Below, piece after piece: positions 41,422 to 49,742 of a DNA stretch of 64,000 nt. Source of the DNA: Deltaproteobacteria bacterium (GTDB lineage: Bacteria > Desulfobacterota > Binatia > HRBIN30 > CADEER01); contig JANRJF010000034.1 of assembly GCA_033764095.1 (NCBI GenBank), positions 16,549 through 80,548 on the forward strand, given 5' to 3'. How positions within the stretch are numbered: position 1 is the stretch's first letter; every line of letters begins with the position of its first letter. The position numbers and the translations under genes were made by a program. The notes beneath the pieces are model-generated. The model did not search any database and was not told the origin of the DNA. It saw only the letters and a list, made by a program, of their open reading frames with translations.

Positions 41422-41535
41422 GGCGGGTCCTCCTGGCCCTTCGATGCGCGGTGGACGGATTGGTGTCGGCCGCCTCGCACCGAGCAGAGCGCCGGCGCGG
41501 CTGACAGCGGCGCACGGCTCTGGCAGAAGCCGGGC

Positions 41536-42060
41536 GTGGCGCTGAGCACCGACCAACGCGTCGTCCTCGCCGGCATGGCCGGCGCCGCCGGCACTGCCCT
41601 GGCGGTCGTCTGGGCGAGCGGAGCACTCGGCATCCCGGCGCCACCAGAGGCGCCGACCGCCGGGGATCGGCTCGCCTTCGCGCTGCGCTGCGATCTGTTC
41701 GCCGCCCTCGCCCTCTTCGCGGGGATCGCGGCGGTGGCGCGCTACCGCTTCTTCGAGAACGAGATCGACGGCACGCTGGCGCCGCGCGCCCATCGCCTCG
41801 ACGTACACCGCGCCTACATCCAGAACACGCTCGAGCAGCTCGCCCTGCTGCTGGTGGCACACCTCGCCTTCGCCGCCAGCCAGCCGGCCGAGCGCTTGCG
41901 GCTGCTGCCGGTACTGGTCGGCCTGTTCCTGCTCGGCCGCGCCGCCTTCTGGCTCGGCTATCTGCACAGCGCACCGGCGCGCGCCTTCGGCTTCGCGCTC
42001 ACCTTCTATCCGACCGCGGTACTGCTGGTGTACGACGCGCTGCGCATCGGCAGTCGCTAG
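41536..42060 (+). CDS. MAPEG family membrane protein
   Basis: IQNTLEQ, LFLLGRAAFWLGY, RAFGFALTFYP. Start GTG 41536 is inferred. Confidence 0.85.
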   Translation: MALSTDQRVVLAGMAGAAGTALAVVWASGALGIPAPPEAPTAGDRLAFALRCDLFAALALFAGIAAVARYRFFENEIDGTLAPRAHRLDVHRAYIQNTLEQLALLLVAHLAFAASQPAERLRLLPVLVGLFLLGRAAFWLGYLHSAPARAFGFALTFYPTAVLLVYDALRIGSR

Positions 42061-42065
42061 CGTTT

Positions 42066-42188
42066 CACCGCGGAGGCGCGGAGACGCGGAGAGAGCCGAC
42101 GCCAGATGAGACTTCCGCAATTCGCGTCAGAAGTGTCGCGGAGGGGAAGGCCGGCGATCTCGCCTCTTCATTCCGCGCCTCCGCGGTG
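42066..42188. repeat. Palindromic element, family C
   Basis: Perfect 17-bp TIR CACCGCGGAGGCGCGGA (42066-42082) / 42172-42188. Confidence 0.9.
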
Positions 42189-42299
42189 GGTTGTTCGAAC
42201 TGGTGGTCGAACCCGCGCGGTGTTAGGAGCGCTTCGAGTGTTCCTCCTCCCCCCGTACCCGTACCCGTACCTCGGTCGGCCCGCCTCCCGATTCTGACC

Positions 42300-43043
42300 A
42301 TGCGCCTGCGCCAGATCGCCTTCGCTGCCCACGACCTCGACGCCGTCGTCGCCGACCTGCGCGCCGTGCTCGGGCTGCCCGCGGGCTTTGCCGATCCCGG
42401 CGTCGCCATCTTCGGCCTGCGCAATGCGGTGCTGCCGCTCGGCGACACCTTCCTGGAGGTGGTGTCGCCGGTCGAGGCGGAGACCGCCGCCGGTCGCTAC
42501 CTGGCGCGACGCGGCGGCGACTGCGGCTACATGGGGATGGTGCAGGGCGAGGACACCGATGCGTGCCGGCAGCGCGCCGCCGCGCTCGGCGTGCGCGTCG
42601 TCTGGCACGCCGACCTCGACGACATCCGCGGCACCCATCTGCACCCGCGCGACCTCGGCGGCCCGCTGCTTTCGTTCGACACGCCGACGCCACCCGCCGC
42701 ATGGCGTTGGGCGGGACCGGACTGGCAGCGCGCGCCCGGCTCGCCCATCGCCCGCGCACTCGCCGGCGTCGGCATGCAGTGCGCCGATCCGCGCCGCACC
42801 GCCGAACGCTGGGCGGCGCTGTTCGACCGCAGCGCGCTGGCGCGCGGCGGCGGCTACGAGATCGGGCTCGATGCCGCCACGCTGCGCTTTCTCCCCGGCG
42901 CCGCGCCGGGCAGCGATGCGGTGGTGCAGGTCGACGTCGCCTGCCGCGATCGGGCCGCCGCGCTCGCCGCCGCCGCGGCGCGCGGGCTGCCGATCGCCGG
43001 CGACACGGTGACCGTCTGCGGCACCGCGCTGCGCCTGCGCTGA
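42300..43043 (+). CDS. VOC/glyoxalase-like family protein
   Basis: MRLRQIAFAAHDL, DPGVAIFGLRNA, FLEVVSP, AGRYLARRGG..GYM, HLHPRD, WRWAGPDW. Confidence 0.8.
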   Translation: MRLRQIAFAAHDLDAVVADLRAVLGLPAGFADPGVAIFGLRNAVLPLGDTFLEVVSPVEAETAAGRYLARRGGDCGYMGMVQGEDTDACRQRAAALGVRVVWHADLDDIRGTHLHPRDLGGPLLSFDTPTPPAAWRWAGPDWQRAPGSPIARALAGVGMQCADPRRTAERWAALFDRSALARGGGYEIGLDAATLRFLPGAAPGSDAVVQVDVACRDRAAALAAAAARGLPIAGDTVTVCGTALRLR

Positions 43044-43053
43044 CGTCGGGCGC

Positions 43054-43974
43054 TCAGGAGAGCTCGCGCACCACCGCGGCGCGGAAGACGCTCAGCGTGC
43101 GATCGCGATAGCCGTCGCGCAACTCGTTCAACCAGATCGCGTCGGTGAGCGGCGGGCGCCGGGTGCGCAGCTCGATCAGCCGGCGCGCCCGCAACGCCGG
43201 GGCGGCGACGGTACGCGGCAGCACGGCGGCGCCGGCGTCCTGCAGCACCAGGTCGAGCACCAGGTCGGTGGTCGCCGCCCAGATCACCACCTCCGGTCGC
43301 ACCTGGGCATCGCCGAGGTGGTGCGCGATCCAGCGCGCGATGAGCGGGTCGCTCTGGTAGTAGTCGACCACCGGCGTCACCGCCAGCGCGGCGCGGCTGA
43401 AGCCGCGCGGGAAGCGGCGCCGGTGCGCCACCAGGACCAGGGCTTCCTCGAACAGCTTGGTCGAGGCGATACGCGGATTGCTGTCCGCCGTCGGACGCAG
43501 CGCCAGCACCACGTCGAGCCGATTGCGCAGCAGGCGCGCGTGCAGATCCTCCTGCGGCGCGTAGACGACGCGCACCCGCACCTGCGGATGGCGCCGGGTG
43601 AAGGCGGTGAGGAACGCCGCCAGGCGCAGGCGCGGGAAGCCGAGGTAGACCCCGACGCGTACCTGGCCGCGCACCTCGCCGCCGGCGTTGACCAGTTCCT
43701 CGACGGTGCGCTGCAACGCGCCCTGGTAGTCGCGCAGATGGCCGGCGAGCAGCTGGCCGCCGCGCGTCAGCACCAGGCGCTTGCCGACCCGGTCGAACAG
43801 CTTGACGCCGAGCGCACCCTCCAGGCCGCTGACGCTCTGGCTCACCGCCGACGGCGTGCGCCCCAGCCGCGCCGCCGCCGCGCCGATACCGCCCTGCTCC
43901 GCCACGACGCCGAAGGCGTGCAGCTTGTTGAGGTCGATGTTGTTCAGCTTCACTGAACGACACGCGTAGGACAT
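43054..43974 (-). CDS. LysR family transcriptional regulator
   Basis: DLNKLHAF..VAEQGGI.AAA.RLG.TPSAVSQ...LE..LGVKLFDR....LT..G. Start may be GTG 43953. Confidence 0.95.
   Translation of the reverse strand: MSYACRSVKLNNIDLNKLHAFGVVAEQGGIGAAAARLGRTPSAVSQSVSGLEGALGVKLFDRVGKRLVLTRGGQLLAGHLRDYQGALQRTVEELVNAGGEVRGQVRVGVYLGFPRLRLAAFLTAFTRRHPQVRVRVVYAPQEDLHARLLRNRLDVVLALRPTADSNPRIASTKLFEEALVLVAHRRRFPRGFSRAALAVTPVVDYYQSDPLIARWIAHHLGDAQVRPEVVIWAATTDLVLDLVLQDAGAAVLPRTVAAPALRARRLIELRTRRPPLTDAIWLNELRDGYRDRTLSVFRAAVVRELS
43942..43958. promoter_or_regulatory. LysR-type T-N11-A recognition box
   Basis: GTTCAG-N5-CTGAAC palindrome containing T-N11-A, at the lysR start and upstream of divergent glyA. Confidence 0.6.
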
Positions 43975-44027
43975 TTAACTTGGCTGATCAACGCCGTTCG
44001 CGCGAGAGTGCGTCGACGGCAGGAGGC

Positions 44028-44121
44028 AGCGATGAGCGATGAGCGACGAGCGATGGGCACCCAGCACCGGGCGGCAGCGAACGACGACGTGGCTCATCGC
44101 TCATCGCTCGTCGCTCATCGC
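44028..44121. repeat. Palindromic element, family A, inside the glyA 5' end
   Basis: agcgatgagcgatgagcgacgagcgatg ... gctcatcgctcatcgctcgtcgctcatcgc. Confidence 0.9.
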
Positions 44122-45372
44122 GCTCTCCTCGCCTCGTCCGATCCCGACGTCTTCGCCGCCATCGCCGGCGAGGAGCGCCGCCAGCAGGCGGGCATCGAGC
44201 TGATCCCCTCCGAGAGCGTCACCTACCCGGAGGTGCTGGCGGCGCTCGGCTCGGTGCTCACCGACAAGTACGCCGAGGGCTATCCCGGCCGGCGCTACTA
44301 CGGCGGGCAGACCTACACCGATGCGATCGAGCGGCTGGCGCGCGAGCGCGCCTGTGCGCTGTTCCGCGCCGAGCACGCCAATGTGCAGCCGCTCTCCGGC
44401 TCGCCGATGAACCAGGCGGCGTACTTTGCCTTCTGCCAGCCGGGCGACGCGATCCTGGCAATGGACCTCTCGCACGGCGGCCACCTGACGCACGGCGCGC
44501 CGGTGTCGCACATGGGGCGCGTCTTCCGCTTCGCGCGCTACCGCACCATCCCGGGCGAGCGCGGGCGCATCGACTTCGACGCCGTGCGCGCGCTGGCGCG
44601 CGCGACGCGGCCGAAGATCGTGCTGTGCGGCTACACATCGTATCCGCGCGACTACGACTACGCCGCCTTCCGCGCCATTGCCGACGAGGTCGGCGCCATC
44701 GCCATGGCCGACGTCTCGCACGTCGGCGGCCTGATCGCCGGCGGCGCGCTGGCCAATCCGTTCGACCACGGCTTCGACGTCGTCACCACCACGACGCACA
44801 AGAGCCTGCGCGGCCCACGCGCCGGCATGATCCTGTGCCGCAAGGCGCACGCCGCGGCGATCGACGCCTCGGTGTTCCCCGGCCTGCAGGGCGGTCCGCA
44901 CGTGAACACCATCGCCGGCGTCGCCGTCGCGCTCGGCAAGGCGGCGACGCCGGAGTTCCGCGCCTACGCGCGGCAGGTGCTGGTCAACGCGCGCGCGCTC
45001 GCCGAGGCGCTGCTCGCCGCCGGCTGCAGCCTGGTCACCGGCGGCACCGACAACCACATGCTGGTGCTCGACACGGTGGCCAGCTTCGCCCTCGACGGGC
45101 GCGCCTGCGAAGAGCGCCTCGACGCCATCGGCATCACCACCAACAAGCAGATCATCCCCGACGATCCGCGCCCACCGCTGCGCCCGAGCGGCATCCGCAT
45201 GGGCACGCCTGCCGCCACCGCGCGCGGCATGGGCGAGGCCGAGATGCGTCAGCTCGCGGCCTGGATCGTCGCCGCGTTGCGCGACGAGGTCGCGGCCGAT
45301 CGGCTGCACGGCGCGGTGCGCGCCCTTGCCGGCCGGTTCCCGCTGCCGACGCTCGCCGCCACGCCGGACTGA
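44032..45372 (+). CDS. glyA: Serine hydroxymethyltransferase
   Basis: KYAEGYPGRRYYGG, NVQPLSGS, GGHLTHG, TTTTHKSLRGPR (PLP lysine), FPGLQGGPH, GGTDNH, SGIRMGT. AGGAGG 5 nt before ATG 44032. Confidence 0.96.
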   Translation: MSDERRAMGTQHRAAANDDVAHRSSLVAHRALLASSDPDVFAAIAGEERRQQAGIELIPSESVTYPEVLAALGSVLTDKYAEGYPGRRYYGGQTYTDAIERLARERACALFRAEHANVQPLSGSPMNQAAYFAFCQPGDAILAMDLSHGGHLTHGAPVSHMGRVFRFARYRTIPGERGRIDFDAVRALARATRPKIVLCGYTSYPRDYDYAAFRAIADEVGAIAMADVSHVGGLIAGGALANPFDHGFDVVTTTTHKSLRGPRAGMILCRKAHAAAIDASVFPGLQGGPHVNTIAGVAVALGKAATPEFRAYARQVLVNARALAEALLAAGCSLVTGGTDNHMLVLDTVASFALDGRACEERLDAIGITTNKQIIPDDPRPPLRPSGIRMGTPAATARGMGEAEMRQLAAWIVAALRDEVAADRLHGAVRALAGRFPLPTLAATPD

Positions 45373-45428
45373 CTGGACAGGCTGGAAATGGCTCGCCTTC
45401 GCCCGACCGGCGCGCCTATTGGATACGG

Positions 45429-47477
45429 GTGCGTACATGGCTGACGCTCGCCGCGTTGCTGATCGCCTCGACCGCGGCCGCGGCGCCGGCCGGCTGGACA
45501 GCGCTCGGGCCGCAGGGCGGCCGCATGAGCGCGGTCGCCTTCGATCCAACCGAGCCATCGGCCGCGTACGCGATCGGTCACGACGCCGGGTACCGCCGTG
45601 ACCACGCCGCAGCGCCGTGGCGCCGGTTGATCGACAACGTCTACAGCCTCGCAGTCGGCGCCGATGGAACGCTCTACTTCGGCGGCGACGGCCACGTCTT
45701 CCGCAGCCGCGATCGCGGCGTGACGTTCACCACCCATGCCATTCCGCTCGACGGGGCGGTCGACGTGCTGTCGCTCGATCCGGGCGACGGATCGCTGCTC
45801 GCCGTGCGCACGCTGGCGGCGCTCGACTACGACGGCATCGCCGCGGCGACCTTGCTGCGCAGTACTGACGCGGCCGTCACCTGGCGCGTGGTGCGCGCGC
45901 TGCCGGAGGAGCGCATCGCCGGCGTCACCCGCGACCCGGATCATCCGGCCACCATCTACGTCGGCGCCGAGACGAGCGGCGTCTTGGTGAGCCGCGACGA
46001 CGGCGCCACCTGGGAGACGACCGCAATACCGTGCGCGGGAGCGCCGCGATACACGCGCTGCGTCGAGAGCATCCTCGCCGTGCCGGGCGCGCTGCTGGTC
46101 GGCACGTTCAACCTCGGCGTCGTCCGCAGCCGCGACGGCGGGGCGAAGTGGGACAGGGTGTCCACGCCCGCCTACGTCGCCGCACTCGCCGCCGCGCCGC
46201 AGGCGCCCGAACTCTATGCCGCCGGGGCCAGCACCTGGCCGGGCGCGCCGGGCGCCAGCAGCGCTGCGGTCGTGTTGCGCTCGAGCGACGGCGGCGGCAG
46301 CTGGCTACCGGTCACGTCGATGTCCCCGCCGGCGCCGGTCATCGCATTGGCGGTCGATCCGAACGAGCCGAGCCAGTTGCTGGCGGCGACCGGCAGCCGC
46401 GAGTACTTCGCCGGCGACGGCGTCTACTCGAGCGCGGATGGCGGAACCACCTGGCGGAGCGATCGCGCCGGGCTCGACGCCACCTGCGTCTCCGACCTCG
46501 CCGCCGCATCGGGGGACGACACCGTCGTGTACGCCGCGCTCAGCCAGTCCACGTTGCCGCTGCAGGTCAGCTCCGACGGGGGCTCGCACTGGCGCGCCGC
46601 CACGCCGCCGATGGCGTGGCCGAGCTTCCCGGCGCTCGCCATCGACCCGCGCGACCCGCACGTCGCCTACGCTGCGGCGCACGTCGACGGACTGTTCGTC
46701 ACCCGCGACGCCGGCGCGAGTTGGAGCCGACAGCCGATTGACCGGGACGCGCTGAGCGACGTCGCGGTCGATGCCGCCGACGGCGCGCTCTACACCGTCG
46801 GGCCGAGCGGCTGGCTGTCGAAGAGCACCGATGGCGGCGCCACGTTCACGCCCCTGTTGCGCGGCAACAGCGTCGCGATCCAGGTCGAGGTCGATGCCGG
46901 CGGCAGCGGGGTCTACGCGCTGTCGTACGATACGCTGCACGTCAGCCATGACGGTGGGCGGTCGTGGGCGCGGTTGTTGGAAGCGCACGACAAGCCCTTC
47001 TGGAACATGGCGATCGCACCGACGTCGCCGCCGACGATCTATGTCGCCGACGGGCATGGCGTGCACATCAGCCGCGACGGCGGCCGCGACTGGCGCGTGC
47101 GCCACATCGTCGATGCGCGCCGCGACGCCGTGCAGACGTGGGCGATTGATCCGTCGAACCCACGCACCGTGTACGCCGCCGGCTTTGTCGGCGCGGCCGA
47201 GATCTATCGTACGGATGACGCCGGTCGCTCGTGGAGACGGATCGCGACGCGATCGCCGTTCAGCATCGCTGCGCTCGCGGTCGACCCGCACGATCCGCGC
47301 GTGTTGTACGTCGGCACCTGCGGCGGCGGTGTGCAACGCCTGCTGCAAGGCACCTCGAGCGGCACCGGCGCTGACAGCGGCGGCTGTGCGGTCGCCCCGC
47401 CGGCGATCAGTGCGCCGCTGCTCTTCGTCCACGCCCTACTCGCCGTCCTGTTCGCACGGTCAGCCCGCCGCCGCTGA
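45429..47477 (+). CDS. Secreted BNR/Asp-box (VPS10/sialidase-like) beta-propeller protein, paralog 1
   Basis: Signal peptide from GTG 45429; many S.DGG.(S/T)W Asp-boxes and (A/V)DP..P..vY strands; tail GGCAV + TM + RRR. Confidence 0.85.
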   Translation: MRTWLTLAALLIASTAAAAPAGWTALGPQGGRMSAVAFDPTEPSAAYAIGHDAGYRRDHAAAPWRRLIDNVYSLAVGADGTLYFGGDGHVFRSRDRGVTFTTHAIPLDGAVDVLSLDPGDGSLLAVRTLAALDYDGIAAATLLRSTDAAVTWRVVRALPEERIAGVTRDPDHPATIYVGAETSGVLVSRDDGATWETTAIPCAGAPRYTRCVESILAVPGALLVGTFNLGVVRSRDGGAKWDRVSTPAYVAALAAAPQAPELYAAGASTWPGAPGASSAAVVLRSSDGGGSWLPVTSMSPPAPVIALAVDPNEPSQLLAATGSREYFAGDGVYSSADGGTTWRSDRAGLDATCVSDLAAASGDDTVVYAALSQSTLPLQVSSDGGSHWRAATPPMAWPSFPALAIDPRDPHVAYAAAHVDGLFVTRDAGASWSRQPIDRDALSDVAVDAADGALYTVGPSGWLSKSTDGGATFTPLLRGNSVAIQVEVDAGGSGVYALSYDTLHVSHDGGRSWARLLEAHDKPFWNMAIAPTSPPTIYVADGHGVHISRDGGRDWRVRHIVDARRDAVQTWAIDPSNPRTVYAAGFVGAAEIYRTDDAGRSWRRIATRSPFSIAALAVDPHDPRVLYVGTCGGGVQRLLQGTSSGTGADSGGCAVAPPAISAPLLFVHALLAVLFARSARRR

Positions 47478-47574
47478 ACACGTCGACATCGACTTGATTT
47501 CGTCAAGCAGCAGTTTCCTCTGAATCAAGTCGAATCGTCCGCGTCTGACCGCAACGGCGAAAGGAGGCGGACAC

Positions 47575-49713
47575 ATGCTTCGCCGTATGTGGGAGTGCGC
47601 CCTGCTGTCGACGCTGCTCGCGTCGCCGGCGTTGGCTGAGACGGGTGCGTGGGAAGCCGTCGGACCCGACGGTGGAAACATCAGCGCGGTCGCGATCGAC
47701 CCGGACGACGCGGAGCGCATCTTCGCGCTCAGCAACGAAACGGCTTTCCGGCGCGAGCGTCGCGACCGGGGATTCACCGCGCTGGAGGGCAGGTTCTACG
47801 ACGAGATCGCCGTCGGTGCCGGCGGCCGCGTGTATCTGGTCGGCGGCGGCATGGCGCGCAGCGACGATCACGGGCACCATTTCGAGACGCTTCGCCTGCC
47901 GGACGAGACGTATGGCTCCGCGGTCGCGGCCGCGCCAAGCGACGCGGACGTCGTATACGTCGCCACGCTCACCGGCGTGTATCGCTCGCCGGATGGCGGG
48001 CGCACGTTCGCCGCCCGCGGCAGCGGCTTGCCCGTCGGCGAGTCGGCATTGGCACTGGCGGTCGACCCCGACGACGTGGACACCGTCTACGCCGCGGTGC
48101 GGAACGCCGGCGTCTTCGTCAGCCAGGATGGCGCGGCGACATGGTCGTCGATCACGAACGGGCTCCCGTGCCCGACCGCAGAGCCCTACCGGGACGGTTG
48201 TGTCATCAGCTTGCGCCTGACCGCGGCGGATCCGCCGGCGCTGCTCGTCGGTGTCGCCTCCGGCGGCCTGATGCGCAGTGTCGATCAGGGAGCGACGTGG
48301 CAGGCGGCCGAAGGCGCGATCGTCGATCAGTATGTGACCGCCATCGCCAGCCCGCGCAGCGCGCCGAGCGACGTCGCACCGGTCGTCTATGCCGGCGTCG
48401 CGAGCGATGACGGCTACTCATCCGGCGAGACCCCGACGCGCTTCCAGGTACTCGCGTCGTTCGACGGCGGGGCGAGTTGGACCGTCGCGAGTGACAACCC
48501 GCTGCCGGCCGCAGTCGCCGCGTTGGCCCTTTCGGACGACGGCATCCTGTACGCCGGTACGGGGGTGCGGAGCTGGGCCGGACTCGGCTATCAGGACGGC
48601 GCCGGTCTGTATCGCAGCGACGATGAGGGTCGGACGTGGGCACTCGATCAGCGCGGGATGTATGGCACCTGCCTGACGGAGATCGTCGCCGCGCCGGCAT
48701 CGCGCACTGCGTTGCACGCCGTGCCGTACTATGACGTGACACGCCTCTACTCGAGTGTGTCGGGTGGCGATGGCTGGCGCCGCACGGTGCGGCCCGGTGC
48801 ATTTACCGTTGGGTTCGATGTCGATCCGAACGATCCCAACCACCTCTACGCGCTGTCCGGCGATGGCCAGTTGTCCGCAAGTCGCGACGGTGGCGTCGAG
48901 TGGACCAGCGTGTCGACCAGCCCCAGCACGACGCGCTATCCCGCGGATCTCGCCATAGACGGACGCGACGGCGACACGTTGTACACCATCGTCACCGACG
49001 ACAGCGTGCACTACGCGGTCGAGAAGAGTGTCGACGCCGGGGCGACGTGGCGCGCCACGCTCTCGGTGACCTCCTCGGCCGTGACGTGGAAGGTGGTTGT
49101 CGACCCGGCGAGCGATACGGTCTACGCCGCCTTCACCGATCAGCTGTACCGCAGTCGCGATGCCGGCGAGACCTGGACGCAACTTCTCACGTTCGCGCCA
49201 GGCGAAGACGGAATCTACGACCTGACGGTGGCGCCCACGTCGCCACCGACCCTGGTGCGTTCGGGCCCCTCTGGCGTCCTGGTGAGCGAGGACGATGGGG
49301 CAACCTGGCAGCGCCCGCGCTTTGCCGGATCGAACGACGCCTTCTTCACCAGCGCGGTGACCGTCGATCCGGGACGCGCCGTGACGCTGTATGCAATCGC
49401 GGGCAGGCGCAGTGATGGAGCGCAGATCGGGCTGTACCGCAGCGACGACGGCGGTCGCGACTGGCGGCGCATCGGCGAGGAGCCGGCGGTGGGGTACCAG
49501 GTCAGCGGTCTCGCCGTCGATCCGCACGACCGGCTGAGCGTCTATGCCGCGACCTGCGGCGGCGGCGTGCAGCGCTTCACCCAATCAGCAACGGCGGCTG
49601 ACAGCAGCGGTGGCAACGGCTGCGCCGTGGGCCCGTCTGGCGTCAGCGCCGTGATGCTGGCCGCGCATGGGGCCGCCATCGGCCTGCTCGGCTGGTTGCG
49701 GGCGTGGCGCTGA
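47575..49713 (+). CDS. Secreted BNR/Asp-box beta-propeller protein, paralog 2
   Basis: AAAGGAGG RBS; signal peptide; Asp-boxes; tail GNGCAV + TM + RAWR. Confidence 0.88.
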   Translation: MLRRMWECALLSTLLASPALAETGAWEAVGPDGGNISAVAIDPDDAERIFALSNETAFRRERRDRGFTALEGRFYDEIAVGAGGRVYLVGGGMARSDDHGHHFETLRLPDETYGSAVAAAPSDADVVYVATLTGVYRSPDGGRTFAARGSGLPVGESALALAVDPDDVDTVYAAVRNAGVFVSQDGAATWSSITNGLPCPTAEPYRDGCVISLRLTAADPPALLVGVASGGLMRSVDQGATWQAAEGAIVDQYVTAIASPRSAPSDVAPVVYAGVASDDGYSSGETPTRFQVLASFDGGASWTVASDNPLPAAVAALALSDDGILYAGTGVRSWAGLGYQDGAGLYRSDDEGRTWALDQRGMYGTCLTEIVAAPASRTALHAVPYYDVTRLYSSVSGGDGWRRTVRPGAFTVGFDVDPNDPNHLYALSGDGQLSASRDGGVEWTSVSTSPSTTRYPADLAIDGRDGDTLYTIVTDDSVHYAVEKSVDAGATWRATLSVTSSAVTWKVVVDPASDTVYAAFTDQLYRSRDAGETWTQLLTFAPGEDGIYDLTVAPTSPPTLVRSGPSGVLVSEDDGATWQRPRFAGSNDAFFTSAVTVDPGRAVTLYAIAGRRSDGAQIGLYRSDDGGRDWRRIGEEPAVGYQVSGLAVDPHDRLSVYAATCGGGVQRFTQSATAADSSGGNGCAVGPSGVSAVMLAAHGAAIGLLGWLRAWR

Positions 49714-49742
49714 GCCCCCGCACTGCCAGGACGCGGGTGAAG

